Source: Candidatus Woesearchaeota archaeon (GTDB lineage Archaea > Nanobdellota > Nanobdellia > Woesearchaeales > JACPIF01). Taken from it: a stretch of 64,000 nt of DNA. The position numbers and the translations under genes were made by a program. Below the pieces are notes generated by a model. It did no database searches. It had not been told where the DNA came from and worked only from the letters and a program-made list of their open reading frames with translations. Below are positions 63,278-64,000 of the stretch, piece by piece. The stretch is from positions 35,388 through 99,387 of the forward strand of contig JACPIF010000003.1 in NCBI GenBank assembly GCA_016188215.1, given 5' to 3'. The first letter of the stretch is position 1. Every line of letters starts with the position of its first letter.

Positions 63278-64000
63278 TTAGATTTGAAATGTAACCGACC
63301 TGCACAGGTCGTATGTTCCCTGCATAATTTGAGCAACCTCGAATCTTCTATCCATGACATCATGCAGCCTGTTTGCACAGAACAAAAGAGGATTCTGCTG
63401 CTTAAAGTTTACCTTTTTAGGATCAGGGCTGAAAAGTACTCTCTCTGAGTTTAGCACGCCATCTTCCATATAGCCAAACCGATGCAGAAAGCCAAACATG
63501 TTCTCTACTCGCCCCATTAAACCTTCTTTTGAGCCAAGGGCGTAGTCAACTGCTGTATTCGGCAGCTTACTTACAGCTTCTGCCCTAATTGAAACTAAGG
63601 CACATAAATTATCTAAAGTTAGCCTCTGTTTCCCTTTTTCCTGTGCAAGCCTTACAAGATATTCGCCTCCAAGCTGCGCAGCAGTATAAACGTTTAAATC
63701 AATGTATGCTTCCCTTATCCGTCTTGTGTGATGTTCTACGTCCGCCCTTATGTATTCCCCATTCGATTCGTTAGGTCGCCTTTGTACAGGCTCATAGAGA
63801 AATGGTCTCGAGAAATTTACAAAAATCAGATGTGAGTTCTTTCCACTAGAAAGCCTTCTTCCAGAGAGCAAGTCAACAGTCAAGCCTATTGGGGCAAATG
63901 CAACAGTTTCAATGCCACTATCCCCGCGCAGGACAGAAGCGTAATAGCAGCCTGCCTTGATTGGATATATTGTACCGTCAGTGCTTGTAGTCCCTTCCGG
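63278..64000 (-). CDS. hypothetical protein, 5' end beyond the window (more than 240 aa)
   Basis: The frame is open from 63278 through position 64000 with no stop; the ORF track's 201-aa version is an internal Met. Confidence 0.6.
   Translation of the reverse strand, partial: PEGTTSTDGTIYPIKAGCYYASVLRGDSGIETVAFAPIGLTVDLLSGRRLSSGKNSHLIFVNFSRPFLYEPVQRRPNESNGEYIRADVEHHTRRIREAYIDLNVYTAAQLGGEYLVRLAQEKGKQRLTLDNLCALVSIRAEAVSKLPNTAVDYALGSKEGLMGRVENMFGFLHRFGYMEDGVLNSERVLFSPDPKKVNFKQQNPLLFCANRLHDVMDRRFEVAQIMQGTYDLCRSVTFQI

Noticed and set aside
1-64000. CRISPR arrays, rRNA genes, transposases/integrases
   Set aside because: No regularly spaced direct repeats, no rRNA-like conserved stretches and no DDE/tyrosine-recombinase-like ORFs were seen on either strand.

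Overview
This 64 kb window is gene-dense and almost certainly archaeal. Evidence: an intron-containing tRNA-Glu; A/T-rich TATA-like boxes about 26-30 bp upstream of many start codons, which suggests leaderless transcripts; frequent ATGA/TGATG start-stop overlaps; and MetRS, endonuclease III and a YhbY/CRM protein. A DPANN-type origin is a guess from gene content only.

The left 22 kb is an accessory locus of giant secreted or membrane-anchored proteins in paralogous families. One family is 4545..8273 and 16878..22175. Another is 8481..10643 and 12093..14372. The locus also holds 101..4540, which carries an SLT/lysozyme-like N-terminal domain. Cys-rich C-terminal domains recur in these proteins. 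A PIN-domain gene and two duplicated micro-ORFs are inserted in the locus. A second paralogous surface-protein pair sits at 49173..52990.

Housekeeping genes include metG, nth, a prohibitin, an NnrD/YjeF-C dehydratase, a CPA2 antiporter with a TrkA-N domain, a CaCA exchanger, IMPase, Ham1/ITPase, a HIT protein and an NFACT-R/DUF814 protein.

The most unusual feature is a family of modular intergenic repeats present in at least 8 copies. They are built from a few conserved hairpin modules whose stems carry compensatory base changes between copies. One module is inverted in one copy. This points to a structured-RNA or MITE-like element family. Small toxin-antitoxin/defence islets are also present: a PIN gene, a RelE/ParE-like pair, an RHH gene, an NTase-HEPN gene and a HicA-like remnant. 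A GC-rich two-gene islet is flanked by 11-bp inverted repeats.

No CRISPR array, rRNA or clear transposase was seen. All functional calls rest on motif recognition by eye. No database search was possible.
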